The notes below the pieces were generated by a model. It worked only from the letters and a program-made list of their open reading frames with translations, was not told where the DNA came from and searched no databases. A stretch of 63,666 bases of DNA, filler included, from Candidatus Rokuibacteriota bacterium (GTDB lineage: Bacteria > JAUVQV01 > DATDCY01): the NCBI GenBank assembly GCA_031406795.1. It is 6 parts of 6 records of this genome, joined end to end, with 100 filler letters (N's around TTAATTAATTAA, not from the genome) between each part and the next. Parts side by side here need not be neighbours in the genome. Positions count along the whole stretch, not along the records: positions 51,072 to 58,190 come from JANOHV010000026.1; positions 58,291 to 61,892 come from JANOHV010000240.1; positions 61,993 to 63,666 come from JANOHV010000030.1; 3 more parts are not named here. The stretch is one strand, 5' to 3'. Both the position numbers and the translations under genes were made by a program. Shown piece by piece: positions 52,087 through 63,666 of the stretch; the first letter of the stretch is position 1, and each line of letters starts with the position of its first letter.

Positions 52087-53856
52087 TCAGACCGTGCCGG
52101 GCGTGCGCAGGCCCTGCTTGATCGTGAGCAGCCGCTTGACCAGTTCGGGGTTGGCTGCAGCCTCGGGACTGCACAACTGCTGCTGCACCAGGCGGCTCTC
52201 GCGGTCCTGGCGGCGCTTGCGGATGCACGCGAGGCACTCCCGCGCCGCGCGCCGCGCATCTTCGTCCTCGGCCATGGGGCCCGGGTCCGCCAGCAGGGCT
52301 GTGGCCAGCCGCGTCTGCCGCTCGTTGTCGAACTGCAGCCGCCCGGCGAGGCCCTCCGCGCCGCCGCGATCGAGCAGCGCGATGATCTGAGCCACAATGG
52401 CGCGGCAGTCCTCGTTCTCGATCTCCTGGAGGTCGATGCTCCCGCGAAGTTCGCTCGCCAGCGCCGGGTGCGCGAGCAGGGCCTGCACGAGCCAAGTCTC
52501 CTCGGCGCGCGGACGCTCCGCCGCCGGCCGGGGCGGCGGGGCGGCGGCACCGGCTGCCGGTCCCGCGTCGCCCTTGCCCCCGAGCCCGCGCACTTCCGAC
52601 CAGAGGACCTCTTCCTTGACGCCGAGGCGCTGTGCCGAACGGGCGAGATAGTCGGCCTGCGCCACGCGATCGCGCACCTTCGCGAGCAGGGGCACCGTTT
52701 CGCGGACGGCCGCGACCTTCCCCTCGATGGTGTCGAGGCGGTGCTCCTGGACCGTGCGCCGCAGGAAGAAATCCATCAGGTCCTCGGCCTCCGCCACCAG
52801 CCCGCGGAATGCCGCCACCCCCTGCGCGCGGATGAAACTGTCGGGGTCGGCGCCATCCGGCAGCTGCACCCCCCGGGCGAACAGCCCGTTGGTGACGAAC
52901 ACCTCGAGGCTGCGCTTGGCGGCGCGGATGCCGGCGGCGTCGCCGTCGAAGACGACCACCCAGCGCTCGGCGAACCGGCGCATCAGCGCGGCGTGCCCAT
53001 CGGTGAGCGCGGTGCCGGAGGTCGCGACCACATTCGTCACACCCGCCTGGACGGCGGTGATCAGATCGAAGTAACCCTCGACGATGAGGCCGACGCCCTC
53101 GCGGCGAATGACATCCTTGGCCCGATGCAGCCCGTAGAGGACATTGCTCTTGTGGTACAGCGGCGTCTCGGGCGAATTGAGGTATTTCGGCTCGCCCTCC
53201 GCGAGCAGGCGCCCGCCGAAGGCCACCACCCGGCCGGCGACATCGTGGATCGGGAAGACCACCCGCGCGCGGAAGCGGTCGACGGCGCCTCCCGTTTCGC
53301 GCTGGGCCGAGAGCCCGGCCTGGAGCAGCTCCTGCTGGGTAAACCCCTTCGTGATCAAGTCGCGGCCGAGGGTGTCGCGGCCGGGAACCGCCCAGCCGAT
53401 GCCGAACTCTTCGCGAGTGGCGACGGTTATCGAACGGCGTTCGAGATAGGCGAGCGCCTGGCGGCCCGGGGGGCCGAGGAGATTGACCTTGAACAGGCCG
53501 GCTGCAGCGGCGTTCGCCTCGAGCAGACGCTCCTTGAGGCCCTTTTCCTCGGGCCGGCCGGGCGCGTACTCGGGAAGGGAGATCCCCCGGCGCGCCGCGA
53601 GAAAACGCACGGCCTCGGGAAAGCTCAACCCCTCGCGCTTCATGACAAAACCAATGACATTGCCGCCCTCGCCACAGCCAAAACAGTGGAAAATCTGTCG
53701 CTCCTGATTCACCGTGAAGGACGGCGTCTTCTCGCCGTGAAAGGGACACAGACCCAGGTAGTTGCGGCCGCTCTTTTTCAGGGAGACGTAGTCGGAAACG
53801 ACGTCGTAAATGGGATTTGCACCCCTGACCTGCTCGAGTAGGTCCTCTGAAAACAC
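52087..53856 (-). CDS. dnaG: DNA primase
   Basis: CPFHGEKTPSF...FHCFGC, DRFRARVVFPI, KYLNSPET, VEGYFD, FDGDAAG. Confidence 0.97.
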   Translation of the reverse strand: MFSEDLLEQVRGANPIYDVVSDYVSLKKSGRNYLGLCPFHGEKTPSFTVNQERQIFHCFGCGEGGNVIGFVMKREGLSFPEAVRFLAARRGISLPEYAPGRPEEKGLKERLLEANAAAAGLFKVNLLGPPGRQALAYLERRSITVATREEFGIGWAVPGRDTLGRDLITKGFTQQELLQAGLSAQRETGGAVDRFRARVVFPIHDVAGRVVAFGGRLLAEGEPKYLNSPETPLYHKSNVLYGLHRAKDVIRREGVGLIVEGYFDLITAVQAGVTNVVATSGTALTDGHAALMRRFAERWVVVFDGDAAGIRAAKRSLEVFVTNGLFARGVQLPDGADPDSFIRAQGVAAFRGLVAEAEDLMDFFLRRTVQEHRLDTIEGKVAAVRETVPLLAKVRDRVAQADYLARSAQRLGVKEEVLWSEVRGLGGKGDAGPAAGAAAPPPRPAAERPRAEETWLVQALLAHPALASELRGSIDLQEIENEDCRAIVAQIIALLDRGGAEGLAGRLQFDNERQTRLATALLADPGPMAEDEDARRAARECLACIRKRRQDRESRLVQQQLCSPEAAANPELVKRLLTIKQGLRTPGTV

Positions 53857-53929
53857 CCCTGGCCTGTCCTCCCCGCTTGCCGCGCCGGGGCTAAATATAG
53901 GGATCGACAGGAAAAAAGCAAGCGAAACG

Positions 53930-54732
53930 TCAGCGGTCGCCTCCGAGAAGGCTGCCGAGTCCGCCGAGGACCGAACCCTCCTCGCGCCCGCCGCGCACAA
54001 CCCCCGGCACCGCCGCGACGATCCGGTTCGCCATCCGCGAGAGGGGTAGAGATTGCAGCCAGATCTTCCCGGGACCCGTGAGCGTCGCGAAGAAGAGCCC
54101 CTCGCCGCCGAAGATCGCCGACTTGACGCCTCTGACCATCTGGATGTCGTAGGCAACCGAGGGCTGGAAGCCGACGATGCAGCCGGTGTCGACGCGCAGA
54201 TTCTCGCCCGCGTTCAACTGGCGCTCCATCAGCATCCCCCCGGCGTGAATGAAGGCCCAGCCGTCGCCCTGAAGCCGCTGCATGATGAAGCCCTCGCCGC
54301 CGAAGAGTCCGATCCCGAGCTTCCGTTGGAAGGCGATGCCGATACTCACGCCCTTGGCGGCCGCGAGAAAGGCGTCTTTCTGCACGATCAGCTCCCCGCC
54401 GAGATCGGCGAGGTGCACCGGGACGATGCGTCCCGGGTACGGCGCGCCGAAGGCGACGCGGCGCTTGCCGGCGGCGCGGTTCTGGAAGACGGTCATGAAG
54501 AGCGACTCGCCGGTCAGCAGGCGCTTGCCGGCGCCCATCAGCGCGCCCATGAAGCCGCCGCCCTGCTGCTGCGCCGAGCCGTCGCCGAAGATGTCTCCAT
54601 CTCGACGCCGTCCTCCAGGTACATCATCCCGCCCGCCTCGGCGACGACCGCCTCCTGAGGATCGAGTTCGATCTCGACGTATTGCAGATCCTCGCCGTAA
54701 ATCTTGTAGTCGACTTCGTGCATCGCGTTCAC
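53930..54732 (-). pseudogene. TIGR00266/AIM24 family protein, frameshifted near 54597
   Basis: [22 protein letters not shown]...EAGGMMY in one frame and IFGDGS...GESLFMT...GGEGFIMQRL in another. Confidence 0.85.
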
Positions 54733-54749
54733 GAGCAACTCCTTTCCAT

Positions 54750-55571
54750 TTACCGCCAGGTGATTGCCGGCTCGCGCCGGGCCGGGAGACGATGGTACCG
54801 ATACCGTGGCTCGCCGACCAGCAGCGCGCCGTTGAAGACGTCGCCCGCGGGAAGCGCCAGCGCCTGCTGCAGCGGCGGCCAGTGCAACGCCGCGCGGTGC
54901 AGATACCCGGCCCAGCAGGCGCCCAGGCCGTGCGAGGGCGCCGCCAGTTCGAGGTACGCGAGCGCCAGCGTGCAGGCGCTCGGGGCCGTGACATCGTCCT
55001 TGGGTGCGTGAGCCACGATCAGGTGCGGCGCGGCGCGGCAGATCATGTCGCCACCGGCATCCCAGGCGTCGACGAGGCGATCGAGCGCGAGCGCGCGTCC
55101 GACCTCCGGTCGCGCGGCGCAGATCGAGCGCATCCAGTCGATCACGTGCCCGGCGAGCGCGCGCACCGGCTCGCGCCCCGAGATCACCAGCCAGCGCACC
55201 GGCTGGCTGTTGCGCCCCGAGGGCGCATAGCGCGCGGTGCGGATCAGCCGCGCGAGGCGCCCCTCCCCCACCGCGACATCCTTGAAGACACGGACGGAGC
55301 GGCGCGAGCGCAGAAAGTGTTCAACCTCTTCGGGGGACAGGCGCCACTCGGGCTGGACCGGGGGGCACTCCTCGGCCGGCATCGTGTCGAGCGAACAGGC
55401 GCCATAGGGACAGGCCGCGACGCAGTGACCGCAGCAGATGCACAGCTGCGCGAAACCCGGGATCGCCTCAGGCGGGGCATCCTCGCCGCGCGTCAAGATC
55501 CCGACCGGGCAGACGGCGACGCAGATCCCGTCCCGGCGGCACTTCTTCTCATCGACTATGAAGTGGCTCAA
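54750..55571 (-). CDS. Nitroreductase with N-terminal 4Fe-4S ferredoxin domain
   Basis: [48 protein letters not shown]. Confidence 0.92.
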   Translation of the reverse strand: MSHFIVDEKKCRRDGICVAVCPVGILTRGEDAPPEAIPGFAQLCICCGHCVAACPYGACSLDTMPAEECPPVQPEWRLSPEEVEHFLRSRRSVRVFKDVAVGEGRLARLIRTARYAPSGRNSQPVRWLVISGREPVRALAGHVIDWMRSICAARPEVGRALALDRLVDAWDAGGDMICRAAPHLIVAHAPKDDVTAPSACTLALAYLELAAPSHGLGACWAGYLHRAALHWPPLQQALALPAGDVFNGALLVGEPRYRYHRLPARREPAITWR

Positions 55572-55750
55572 GCATTCCTCCCCGGCAGCCGGTGGACGGC
55601 TGCCATTTCGGGCTCTGAGTGTATACCAGGATGGCAGCCGCGCGCGACAGCAGCGCCCAAAGACGAGCTGCGGCTCGCCGGCAGCGGTCGAAGCCATGAT
55701 TCCGCCGCGATTGACAGCCGCAGACCCGGCGCCGACAATCCGCGGGACTC

Positions 55751-57409
55751 ATGCACAGAAACGGGACGGACACCCCCGGCAGGTCGAGACACCTGCTGTT
55801 CGGCGCGCTGCTCGCGGCGCTGCTGCTGCTCAGAAATCCGGGGAGTCTGCTGCACCCGCGGTTCTGGGCCGAAGATGGGACCCTGTTTTTCCAGGAAGCC
55901 TTCAACCACGGCTTCCTCGCAACCATCCTGCAGCCCGCCTCCGGCTATCTCCACACGTTTCCCCGATTCGTGGCCGGTTTGTCGCTGCTGCTGCCGCTGG
56001 AGCAGGCCCCCCTGGTGTTCGCCATCGCCGCCTTTCTTCTCCAGCTCCTCCCGGCGCTTTACCTGCTCGGCCCGCGCATGGGGCGACACATCCCGTCGTT
56101 CGCCGGACGGGCCGCGGCGGCGCTGCTGTATGTCGCGGTGCCGGCGTCGTACGAGACCCACGTGAACCTGGCCAACGCCCACTGGCATCTGGCCCTGGCC
56201 TGCGTCTGCATGCTCGTCGTCTCACCGGCCGCGGGGGCCCTGACCCGATCACTCGAGACTTTGGCCCTGCTCGTGTTCTCCCTGACCGGACCGTTCTCGA
56301 TGCTCTTCCTGCCACTCGTCGCGCCCCGGCTTCTTGCTGCCGTCAAGGGCGCGCCGCGGGATCACCGTCTGACGCCGGCCTTGCTCATCGCGGGCGGCGC
56401 GGCGATTCAAGCGGGGGTCGCCCTGAGCAGCGCGAGGGTCGGCGCCGGCGCCTCCTCCTTCGGCTACCTGTCTTCCCAGGAACTGATGACCGTCGTTTCC
56501 ATGCATGCGTTCTTCAACCCCCTGCTCGGCATCGAGGGTCTTTCCCGGGTCGCCGACTTCCTGCCGCCCGCCGCATACGGACTGGGTATTCTGGGGCTCG
56601 CTTTTCTTGCCTTCGTCGCCATCCGGGATCGGGTCCGGCCGCTGCTGCTGCTGCTCTATCTGGGCGCTCTGTCCATTGCGTTGTGGTGCGTCTTCCCGCT
56701 GAATGACCCGAGAATCTGGCTCAACCCCCGGTCCGGTTCCCGCTATTTCCTGTTCGCCTGCCTGTTCGTACTGCTGACATCGTTGCACCTGGCCCGCTGC
56801 GCCCCGCCGCTGCGGGTGATCGGACTGCTGCTTCTCGGGGTTGCCGTAGTCGTCGGGATACCCGCGGATTTCAGCCATCCCCGGCAACCCGACATCCGCT
56901 GGGCGGATCAGGCGGCGGTGTTCCGGTCGCTCCCGGCAGGGTCGGATTTCTCCATACCCGTCGTGCCGCTCTTCCACCCGGGGATGGTCCTGCACAAGAG
57001 CACGTCGCTCCGCTCGCCGTCCCCGCTCTCCCGGCTGCGGCCCCTGCAATCGCAGACCCCGTCTTCCTTCAGCATCACGCGTCCGAAGCGGGTCAGTCTG
57101 AACGAGACGACGAATGCCACCCACCTCAGGGTCGACGGCTGGGCGACCGACGGCGCGGTCACGAAGCCCGCCGGAGGGGTTTTCGTGATGATCGACGGGA
57201 AGCTCTTCCCCGCCGTTTACGGACTGCCGGCGGACAGCGGGAGCGGGGCGGGTTCGTGCCCGGACTGCGTCTTTACCCGGTTGATCCCCATCGCCGAGAT
57301 CGGTCCGGGCTCGCACACGGTGTCGATCGTCGTGCTGACCCGGGACCGCGATGCCTACTACCTGCCCGCGCCGCCGCAATCCTTCGCCACCAGCCGGTTC
57401 TTCCCCTGA
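55751..57409 (+). CDS. Polytopic membrane protein (possible GT-C/GtrII-like) with C-terminal Ig-like domain
   Basis: RFWAEDG...F, GYLHTFPR, about 10 TM segments, RYF, C-terminal VDGWA...VFVMIDG. Confidence 0.55.
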   Translation: MHRNGTDTPGRSRHLLFGALLAALLLLRNPGSLLHPRFWAEDGTLFFQEAFNHGFLATILQPASGYLHTFPRFVAGLSLLLPLEQAPLVFAIAAFLLQLLPALYLLGPRMGRHIPSFAGRAAAALLYVAVPASYETHVNLANAHWHLALACVCMLVVSPAAGALTRSLETLALLVFSLTGPFSMLFLPLVAPRLLAAVKGAPRDHRLTPALLIAGGAAIQAGVALSSARVGAGASSFGYLSSQELMTVVSMHAFFNPLLGIEGLSRVADFLPPAAYGLGILGLAFLAFVAIRDRVRPLLLLLYLGALSIALWCVFPLNDPRIWLNPRSGSRYFLFACLFVLLTSLHLARCAPPLRVIGLLLLGVAVVVGIPADFSHPRQPDIRWADQAAVFRSLPAGSDFSIPVVPLFHPGMVLHKSTSLRSPSPLSRLRPLQSQTPSSFSITRPKRVSLNETTNATHLRVDGWATDGAVTKPAGGVFVMIDGKLFPAVYGLPADSGSGAGSCPDCVFTRLIPIAEIGPGSHTVSIVVLTRDRDAYYLPAPPQSFATSRFFP

Positions 57410-57414
57410 CGGAA

Positions 57415-57443
57415 TTGACATCCGGCGTCCCCCCGCAGAGAAT
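57415..57443 (+). promoter_or_regulatory. Sigma70 promoter for mpl
   Basis: TTGACA-N17-GAGAAT, 10 nt before ATG. Confidence 0.55.
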
Positions 57444-57453
57444 CCCCACCGCG

Positions 57454-58190
57454 ATGCACCAACAGCCCTTGCGCGTCCACTTCATCGGGATCGGCGGCGC
57501 CGGCATGGCGACCGCGGCCGCGCTGGCCGCCGACGCCGGCTATGCCGTCTCCGGCTCGGATGCGGGCGTCTTTCCACCGATGAGCGATTTTCTGCGCGCC
57601 AAAGGCCTCGCGGTGCTCGACGGGTACCGGCCCGAGAACCTCGAGCCGCCGCCGGACCTCGTGGTTGTCGGCAATGCCCTCTCGCGCGGCAACCCCGAAG
57701 TGGAGGCGCTTCTCGACCGGCGGCTGCGCTATTGCTCGCTTCCCGACTTTCTGCGCGAGCGCTTCTTCCCGGGACGGCGCGTGACGGCGGTTTGCGGCAC
57801 GCACGGCAAGACGACCATCACGACGCTGCTGGCCTGGCTGCTCGAGTCGGCCGGCCGCTCGCCGACGTTCCTCGCCGGGGGGATCGCGCTGAATTTCGGC
57901 GGCGGTTACCAGCTCGGGAGCGGCCAGGACTTCGTGATCGAGGGGGACGAGTACGACACGGCGTTCTTCGACAAGCGCTCGAAGTTCCTCGCGTACCGGC
58001 CGCACAACGTGGTGCTGGCGAACATCGAGTTCGATCACGCGGACATCTTCGCCTCGATGGAGGACTACACGCTGGCTTTCCGGCGGCTGGTGAACCTCGT
58101 GCCGGGCAACGGCTTTCTCGCGGTGAATGCCGCCGACGCGGTGGCCACCGAAGTCGCCACGGGCTGCCGCGGACGGATCATCCCCGTCGC
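57454..58190 (+). CDS. mpl: Murein peptide ligase Mpl (MurC-like), partial
   Basis: HFIGIGGAGM, GSD...PPMS, GNALSRGNPEVE, GTHGKTT, IEGDEYDTAFFDKRSKF, EFDHADIF. Confidence 0.9.
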
Positions 58191-58290
58191 NNNNNNNNNN
58201 NNNNNNNNNNNNNNNNNNNNNNNNNNNNNNNNNNTTAATTAATTAANNNNNNNNNNNNNNNNNNNNNNNNNNNNNNNNNNNNNNNNNNNN
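58191..58290. other. Artificial contig linker
   Basis: N-run + TTAATTAATTAA + N-run. Confidence 0.98.
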
Positions 58291-58291
58291 G

Positions 58292-60382
58292 GACGCCATC
58301 ATCGGCTATCTGCTGATCGGCACGGACAACACGGCGCGCAAGCAGGCGGAAGAGGCGCTGCTCAAGGCGGGGGCACTGCAGAGCGCGATCTTCAACAGCG
58401 CCAACTTCTCGAGCATCGCCACCGACGCAAAGGGCGTCATCCAGATCTTCAACGTCGGCGCGGAACGCATGCTCGGCTACACGGCCGCCGAGGTCATGAA
58501 CAAGATCACGCCGGCCGACATTTCCGATCCGCAGGAAGTGATCGCACGCGCCAAGGCGCTCAGCATCGAGCTCGGAACCCCGATTACGCCTGGCTTCGAG
58601 GCTCTGGTGTTCAAGGCCTCGCGCGGGATCGAGGACATCTACGAGCTGACCTATATCCGTAAAGACGGCAGCCGCTTCCCGGCGGTCGTATCGGTCACGG
58701 CGCTGCGCGACGCTCAGGACGCCATCATCGGCTACCTGCTGATCGGCACCGACAACACCGCGCGCAAGGAGATCGAGGCCGATCAGAAGCAGCTTGCTCA
58801 GCGCCTGCGCGACCAGCAGTTCTACACTCGTTCACTGTTCGAATCCAACGTCGATGCGTTGATGACCACCGATCCGTCCGGCATCATCACCGACGTCAAC
58901 AAACAGATGGAAGCGCTCACCGGGTGCACGCGCGATGAATTGATTGGCGCTCCGTTCAAGAGCTACTTCACTGATCCGGATCAAGCCGAGGCGAGTATCA
59001 AACTGGTGCTGAGCGAAAAGAAGGTCACCGACTACGAGCTCACCGCGCGCGCCCGGGACGGCAAGGAAACCGTGGTTTCCTACAACGCGACGACCTTCTA
59101 CGACCGGGACAGGAAGTTGCAGGGCGTGTTCGCCGCGGCGCGCGACGTTACGGAGCGAATGCGCCTGGATCAGGTGCTCCGCGAGAAGAATATAGAACTG
59201 GAGAGTTCCAAGTCCATAGCGGAAAAGGCCAGTCTCGCGAAATCGAATTTCCTTTCCAGCATGAGCCATGAACTGCGCAGCCCGCTCAATGCGATCCTCG
59301 GTTTCGCGCAGCTGATGGAGTCGGACTCCCCGCCGCCGACCGCGGGGCAGAAGGCCAGCATCGACCAGATTCTTCAGGCCGGCTGGTATTTGCTGGAACT
59401 CATCAACGAGGTCCTCGATCTCGCCGTCATCGAGTCCGGAATGCTGACCCTGACCCTGGAACCGGTGTCGCTGGCTGAAGTCATACTGGAATGCCAGGAC
59501 ATGATCGAACCGCAGGGACAAAAACGTGGCATCAAACCGGCCTTTCCCCAGTTCGACAGCCCGTACTTCGTCCGTGCCGATCGGACCCGGTTGAAGCAGG
59601 TTCTCATCAACCTCCTTTCCAACGCGATCAAATACAATCGCGAGCATGGCACGGTCGAGGTGACCTGCACCGCGACCACCCCGGGACGCATTCGCATCAG
59701 CATCATCGACAGCGGTGCGGGGTTGTCTCCGGAAAAGCTGACGCAGCTCTTTCAGCCGTTCAACCGTCTCGGACAAGAGGGCAGCGCCGAGGAAGGCACC
59801 GGCATCGGACTCGTGATGAGCAAACGATTGGTAGAACTGATGGGAGGCGTGATCGGCGTGGAAAGCACTGCCGGGGTGGGAAGCGAGTTCTGGTTCGAGC
59901 TGAGCTCGGCGACCGCACCGCAACTTGCAGTTGACAGAGCCGAACCCACGGCGGTGGCCCAGGCGCAGGTTCCGCAGGGCGCACCGCGGCGCACCCTGCT
60001 CTATGTCGAGGACAACCCGGCGAACCTGAAGCTGGTCGAGAAAATCATCGCGCGTCATCCCGACATCCGCCTGCTGAGTGCAGTGAACGGGAATCTCGGC
60101 ATCGAACTTGCGCGTGCCAATCAGCCGGAGGTGATCCTGATGGACATCAATCTGCCCGGCATCAGCGGTTTCCAGGCACTGAAAATCCTGCGTGAAGATC
60201 CGATAACAGCGCACATCCCGGTGCTTGCCATCAGTGCCAGTGCCATGCCGCTCGATATTAAGAAAGGCCTGGAGGCGGGATTCTTCCGCTATCTCACCAA
60301 GCCGATCAAGGTCAACGAGTTCCTGGAAGCGCTGAATCTGGCGCTGGAATCTGCAGGAAACCATTCTGACAAGAGCACCTGA
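58292..60382 (+). CDS. Multi-PAS hybrid histidine kinase with REC domain (5' truncated)
   Basis: PAS/PAC repeats, SMSHELRSPL, NLLSNAIKYN, GTGIGL, YVEDN...LMDINLP. Confidence 0.93.
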   Translation, partial: DAIIGYLLIGTDNTARKQAEEALLKAGALQSAIFNSANFSSIATDAKGVIQIFNVGAERMLGYTAAEVMNKITPADISDPQEVIARAKALSIELGTPITPGFEALVFKASRGIEDIYELTYIRKDGSRFPAVVSVTALRDAQDAIIGYLLIGTDNTARKEIEADQKQLAQRLRDQQFYTRSLFESNVDALMTTDPSGIITDVNKQMEALTGCTRDELIGAPFKSYFTDPDQAEASIKLVLSEKKVTDYELTARARDGKETVVSYNATTFYDRDRKLQGVFAAARDVTERMRLDQVLREKNIELESSKSIAEKASLAKSNFLSSMSHELRSPLNAILGFAQLMESDSPPPTAGQKASIDQILQAGWYLLELINEVLDLAVIESGMLTLTLEPVSLAEVILECQDMIEPQGQKRGIKPAFPQFDSPYFVRADRTRLKQVLINLLSNAIKYNREHGTVEVTCTATTPGRIRISIIDSGAGLSPEKLTQLFQPFNRLGQEGSAEEGTGIGLVMSKRLVELMGGVIGVESTAGVGSEFWFELSSATAPQLAVDRAEPTAVAQAQVPQGAPRRTLLYVEDNPANLKLVEKIIARHPDIRLLSAVNGNLGIELARANQPEVILMDINLPGISGFQALKILREDPITAHIPVLAISASAMPLDIKKGLEAGFFRYLTKPIKVNEFLEALNLALESAGNHSDKST

Positions 60383-60397
60383 GACGCTGCGATTCTC

Positions 60398-61417
60398 ATG
60401 ATAAGTTCAGCGGACATTCTTCACGGCAAAGTCCTGATCGTCGACGATCAGGAAGCCAATGTGCTTCTGCTGGAGCGGATGCTGCGCGGTGCTGGGTATG
60501 TTTCCATAACGTCCACGATGGATCCGGTCGCGGTCTGCGAACTGCACCGCAAGAACCGCTACGACTTGATCCTGCTCGATCTTCAGATGCCCGGGCTGGA
60601 CGGATTCCAGGTGATGGAAAGCCTGAAGGAAATTGAGGCGGATGGTTATCTGCCGGTGCTGGCCGTTACCGCCCATCCGGTCTATAAGCTACGCGCTTTG
60701 CAGGGCGGCGCGAAAGATTTCATCAGCAAACCGTTCGATCTGGCCGAGGTGTTGGTGCGTGTCCACAACATGCTGGAAGTCCGCCTGTTGCACGAGTTGG
60801 CTTGCAACCACGGCAGGATGCTGGAATCCCTGGCGCTGAATGACCCGCTGACGGGGCTCGCGAACAGACGACTTCTCGCCGACAGAATATCGGTCGCCCT
60901 CGTCCATGCGCGAAGGAACTCGAGCGCTATGGCGGTGCTCTATCTGGATCTGGACGAATTCAAAAAGATCAACGACACGTTGGGGCACGGCGCTGGAGAC
61001 CTGCTGCTGAAAATGGTCGCCGGGCGCCTGGTGACAACGGTGCGCGAAGAAGATACGGTGGCGCGCCTGGGCGGCGACGAATTCATCATAGCGCTGTGGC
61101 ACGTCAGCGGTTGCGATTATGCAGCCACGGTGGCAACACGAGTGATCGAGGCAGTATCGCAACCCTATGAAATCGACGGCCAGACCGTCAGCATAACCAT
61201 CAGCGCAGGTATCAGTATCTATCCCGCCCATGGCGAGGACGTGGACACGCTGATGAAGAGCGCGGACCTGGCCATGTACGAGGCCAAGGGCGCGGGCAAG
61301 AACAGCTATCGAATCTCCGATCGCACAGACCTGCCAGCGGTGGCGCGCACTCGACAGGGCGCCGCATGCCGCATGCCATTGCCGGATACGTTGGAGAAGG
61401 GGAAGGATCACCAATGA
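60398..61417 (+). CDS. REC-GGDEF diguanylate cyclase
   Basis: REC domain, DPLTGLANRR, REED I-site, GGDEF. Confidence 0.93.
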   Translation: MISSADILHGKVLIVDDQEANVLLLERMLRGAGYVSITSTMDPVAVCELHRKNRYDLILLDLQMPGLDGFQVMESLKEIEADGYLPVLAVTAHPVYKLRALQGGAKDFISKPFDLAEVLVRVHNMLEVRLLHELACNHGRMLESLALNDPLTGLANRRLLADRISVALVHARRNSSAMAVLYLDLDEFKKINDTLGHGAGDLLLKMVAGRLVTTVREEDTVARLGGDEFIIALWHVSGCDYAATVATRVIEAVSQPYEIDGQTVSITISAGISIYPAHGEDVDTLMKSADLAMYEAKGAGKNSYRISDRTDLPAVARTRQGAACRMPLPDTLEKGKDHQ

Positions 61418-61892
61418 ATGGTTAGTACAGCCGATATTCTCAACGCCAAAGTTCTGATCGTCGATGATCAGGATGCCAATGTGCAGCTGCTCGAGGCAGT
61501 GCTCAGCGGCGCCGGCTATGCACGCATCACGTCGACCATGGATCCGCACACCGTCTGCGCCCTGCATCGCGAAAACCACTACGACCTGATCCTGCTCGAT
61601 CTGCAGATGCCCGGCATGGATGGATTTCAGGTGCTGGAGGGCCTGAAGGCAATAGAAACGGACAGCTATGTTCCGGTCCTCGTGATCACCGCTCAACCGG
61701 GCCACAAGGTGCGGGCACTGGAAGCCGGCGCAAAGGATTTCATCAGCAAACCGTTAGATCTGGCCGAAGTAAAGACACGCATCCACAACCTGCTGGAAGT
61801 GCGGCTGTTGTACAAGCAGATCGAAAATTACAGCAAGATGCTGGAACAGACGGTGCAGGAACGGACGGGCGAACTCCTCAGGGCGAACGAGC
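61418..61892 (+). CDS. Response regulator receiver protein (3' truncated)
   Basis: VLIVDDQ, LLDLQMP, DFISKP, coiled coil LEQTVQERT. Confidence 0.9.
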
Positions 61893-61992
61893 NNNNNNNN
61901 NNNNNNNNNNNNNNNNNNNNNNNNNNNNNNNNNNNNTTAATTAATTAANNNNNNNNNNNNNNNNNNNNNNNNNNNNNNNNNNNNNNNNNNNN
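61893..61992. other. Artificial contig linker
   Basis: N-run + TTAATTAATTAA + N-run. Confidence 0.98.
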
Positions 61993-61998
61993 ACGCTC

Positions 61999-62036
61999 AA
62001 GGCTGCCCGGGATTGCTTCCGGGCAGCCTTTTTTTT
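61999..62036 (+). terminator. Rho-independent terminator
   Basis: AAGGCTGCCCGG...CCGGGCAGCC followed by T8. Confidence 0.88.
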
Positions 62037-62047
62037 ATGATGGGCTG

Positions 62048-62263
62048 ATGAACAAGCGCGCACCTCGACCGTCGGCGGCCTTCCGCGATCTTGAGGCTTC
62101 AGAGTTGTTCTGTTCCCGCTGCCAGGTATCGCGCCCGGTCCGTGAACGGTTGCTGTTGGTCCTGCCCGACGGGGAGCTGCACGAATACCGCTGTTCCGTC
62201 TGCGCGACGTCGCTCGGCACGCGCACGGTGCGCGCACAGCCGCCGGGGAAAATCGCACTCTAG
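62048..62263 (+). CDS. Small zinc-ribbon-like protein
   Basis: LFCSRC...VRERLLLVLPDGEL.EYRCSVC (two CXXC). Confidence 0.7.
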   Translation: MNKRAPRPSAAFRDLEASELFCSRCQVSRPVRERLLLVLPDGELHEYRCSVCATSLGTRTVRAQPPGKIAL

Positions 62264-62492
62264 GGAACCATCCGTTCCCGTGCGGGCTGCGGGGTCCTGC
62301 CTGCCACCCCGCCGCTGGGGTGGTCGCTGCGGACCTCAATCGTGTTTATGCCCCCCGAGCGGGCACTCACTTCGTTCCGCCGATGGAGACACGGGTGAAA
62401 CTTTCCGCAATCCATGGCATCTTGTATGAGCATTACAACCGCGATCCCTGAGCACCCGTGGGTTTCGCCCCGTTCCTCCGAGGAGGTGTGAG

Positions 62493-63666
<1,174 letters not shown>

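Noticed and set aside
54585-54605. Programmed frameshift in the TIGR00266 gene
   Set aside because: No slippery sequence; a single missing C suggests error or recent mutation.
62264-62492. CIRCE/HAIR heat-shock operator upstream of clpB
   Set aside because: Only a half-site-like GCACTC and a weak TTGTA-N7-TACAA palindrome; no full consensus.

Overview
High-GC bacterial DNA (roughly 65-70% by eye; gene content resembles Deltaproteobacteria or related uncultured diderms, lineage not resolvable). It consists of six contigs joined by artificial 100-bp N/TTAATTAATTAA/N linkers, so adjacency across linkers is meaningless. Contig 1 (1-22588): LasA-like M23 peptidase, S1 protein, two ABC-F ATPases, TRAP transporter, vapBC, octaheme cytochrome c, tyrS, two FKBP PPIases and an IS1634 remnant. 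Contig 2 (22689-45197): galU-hsp20-lon, then a 4.3-kb array of toxin-antitoxin-type cassettes, a sigma54-driven minor-pilin cluster containing a 1726-aa FN3-repeat pilin, an NtrC-type two-component pair, an AbiEii-like pair and a NodIJ-like ABC exporter. Contig 3: efflux genes, then a defence island (HigB-HigA-SecB TAC module plus type III R-M). Contigs 4-6: rpoD-dnaG, mpl, a PAS kinase/GGDEF cluster and clpB. Most striking observation: the cassettes downstream of lon are punctuated by four short, slightly diverged copies of lon's own 3' coding sequence. These copies come from progressively more upstream parts of lon as the array proceeds, suggesting an integrase-free, lon-anchored cassette accretion hotspot. 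All alignments and counts were done by hand.
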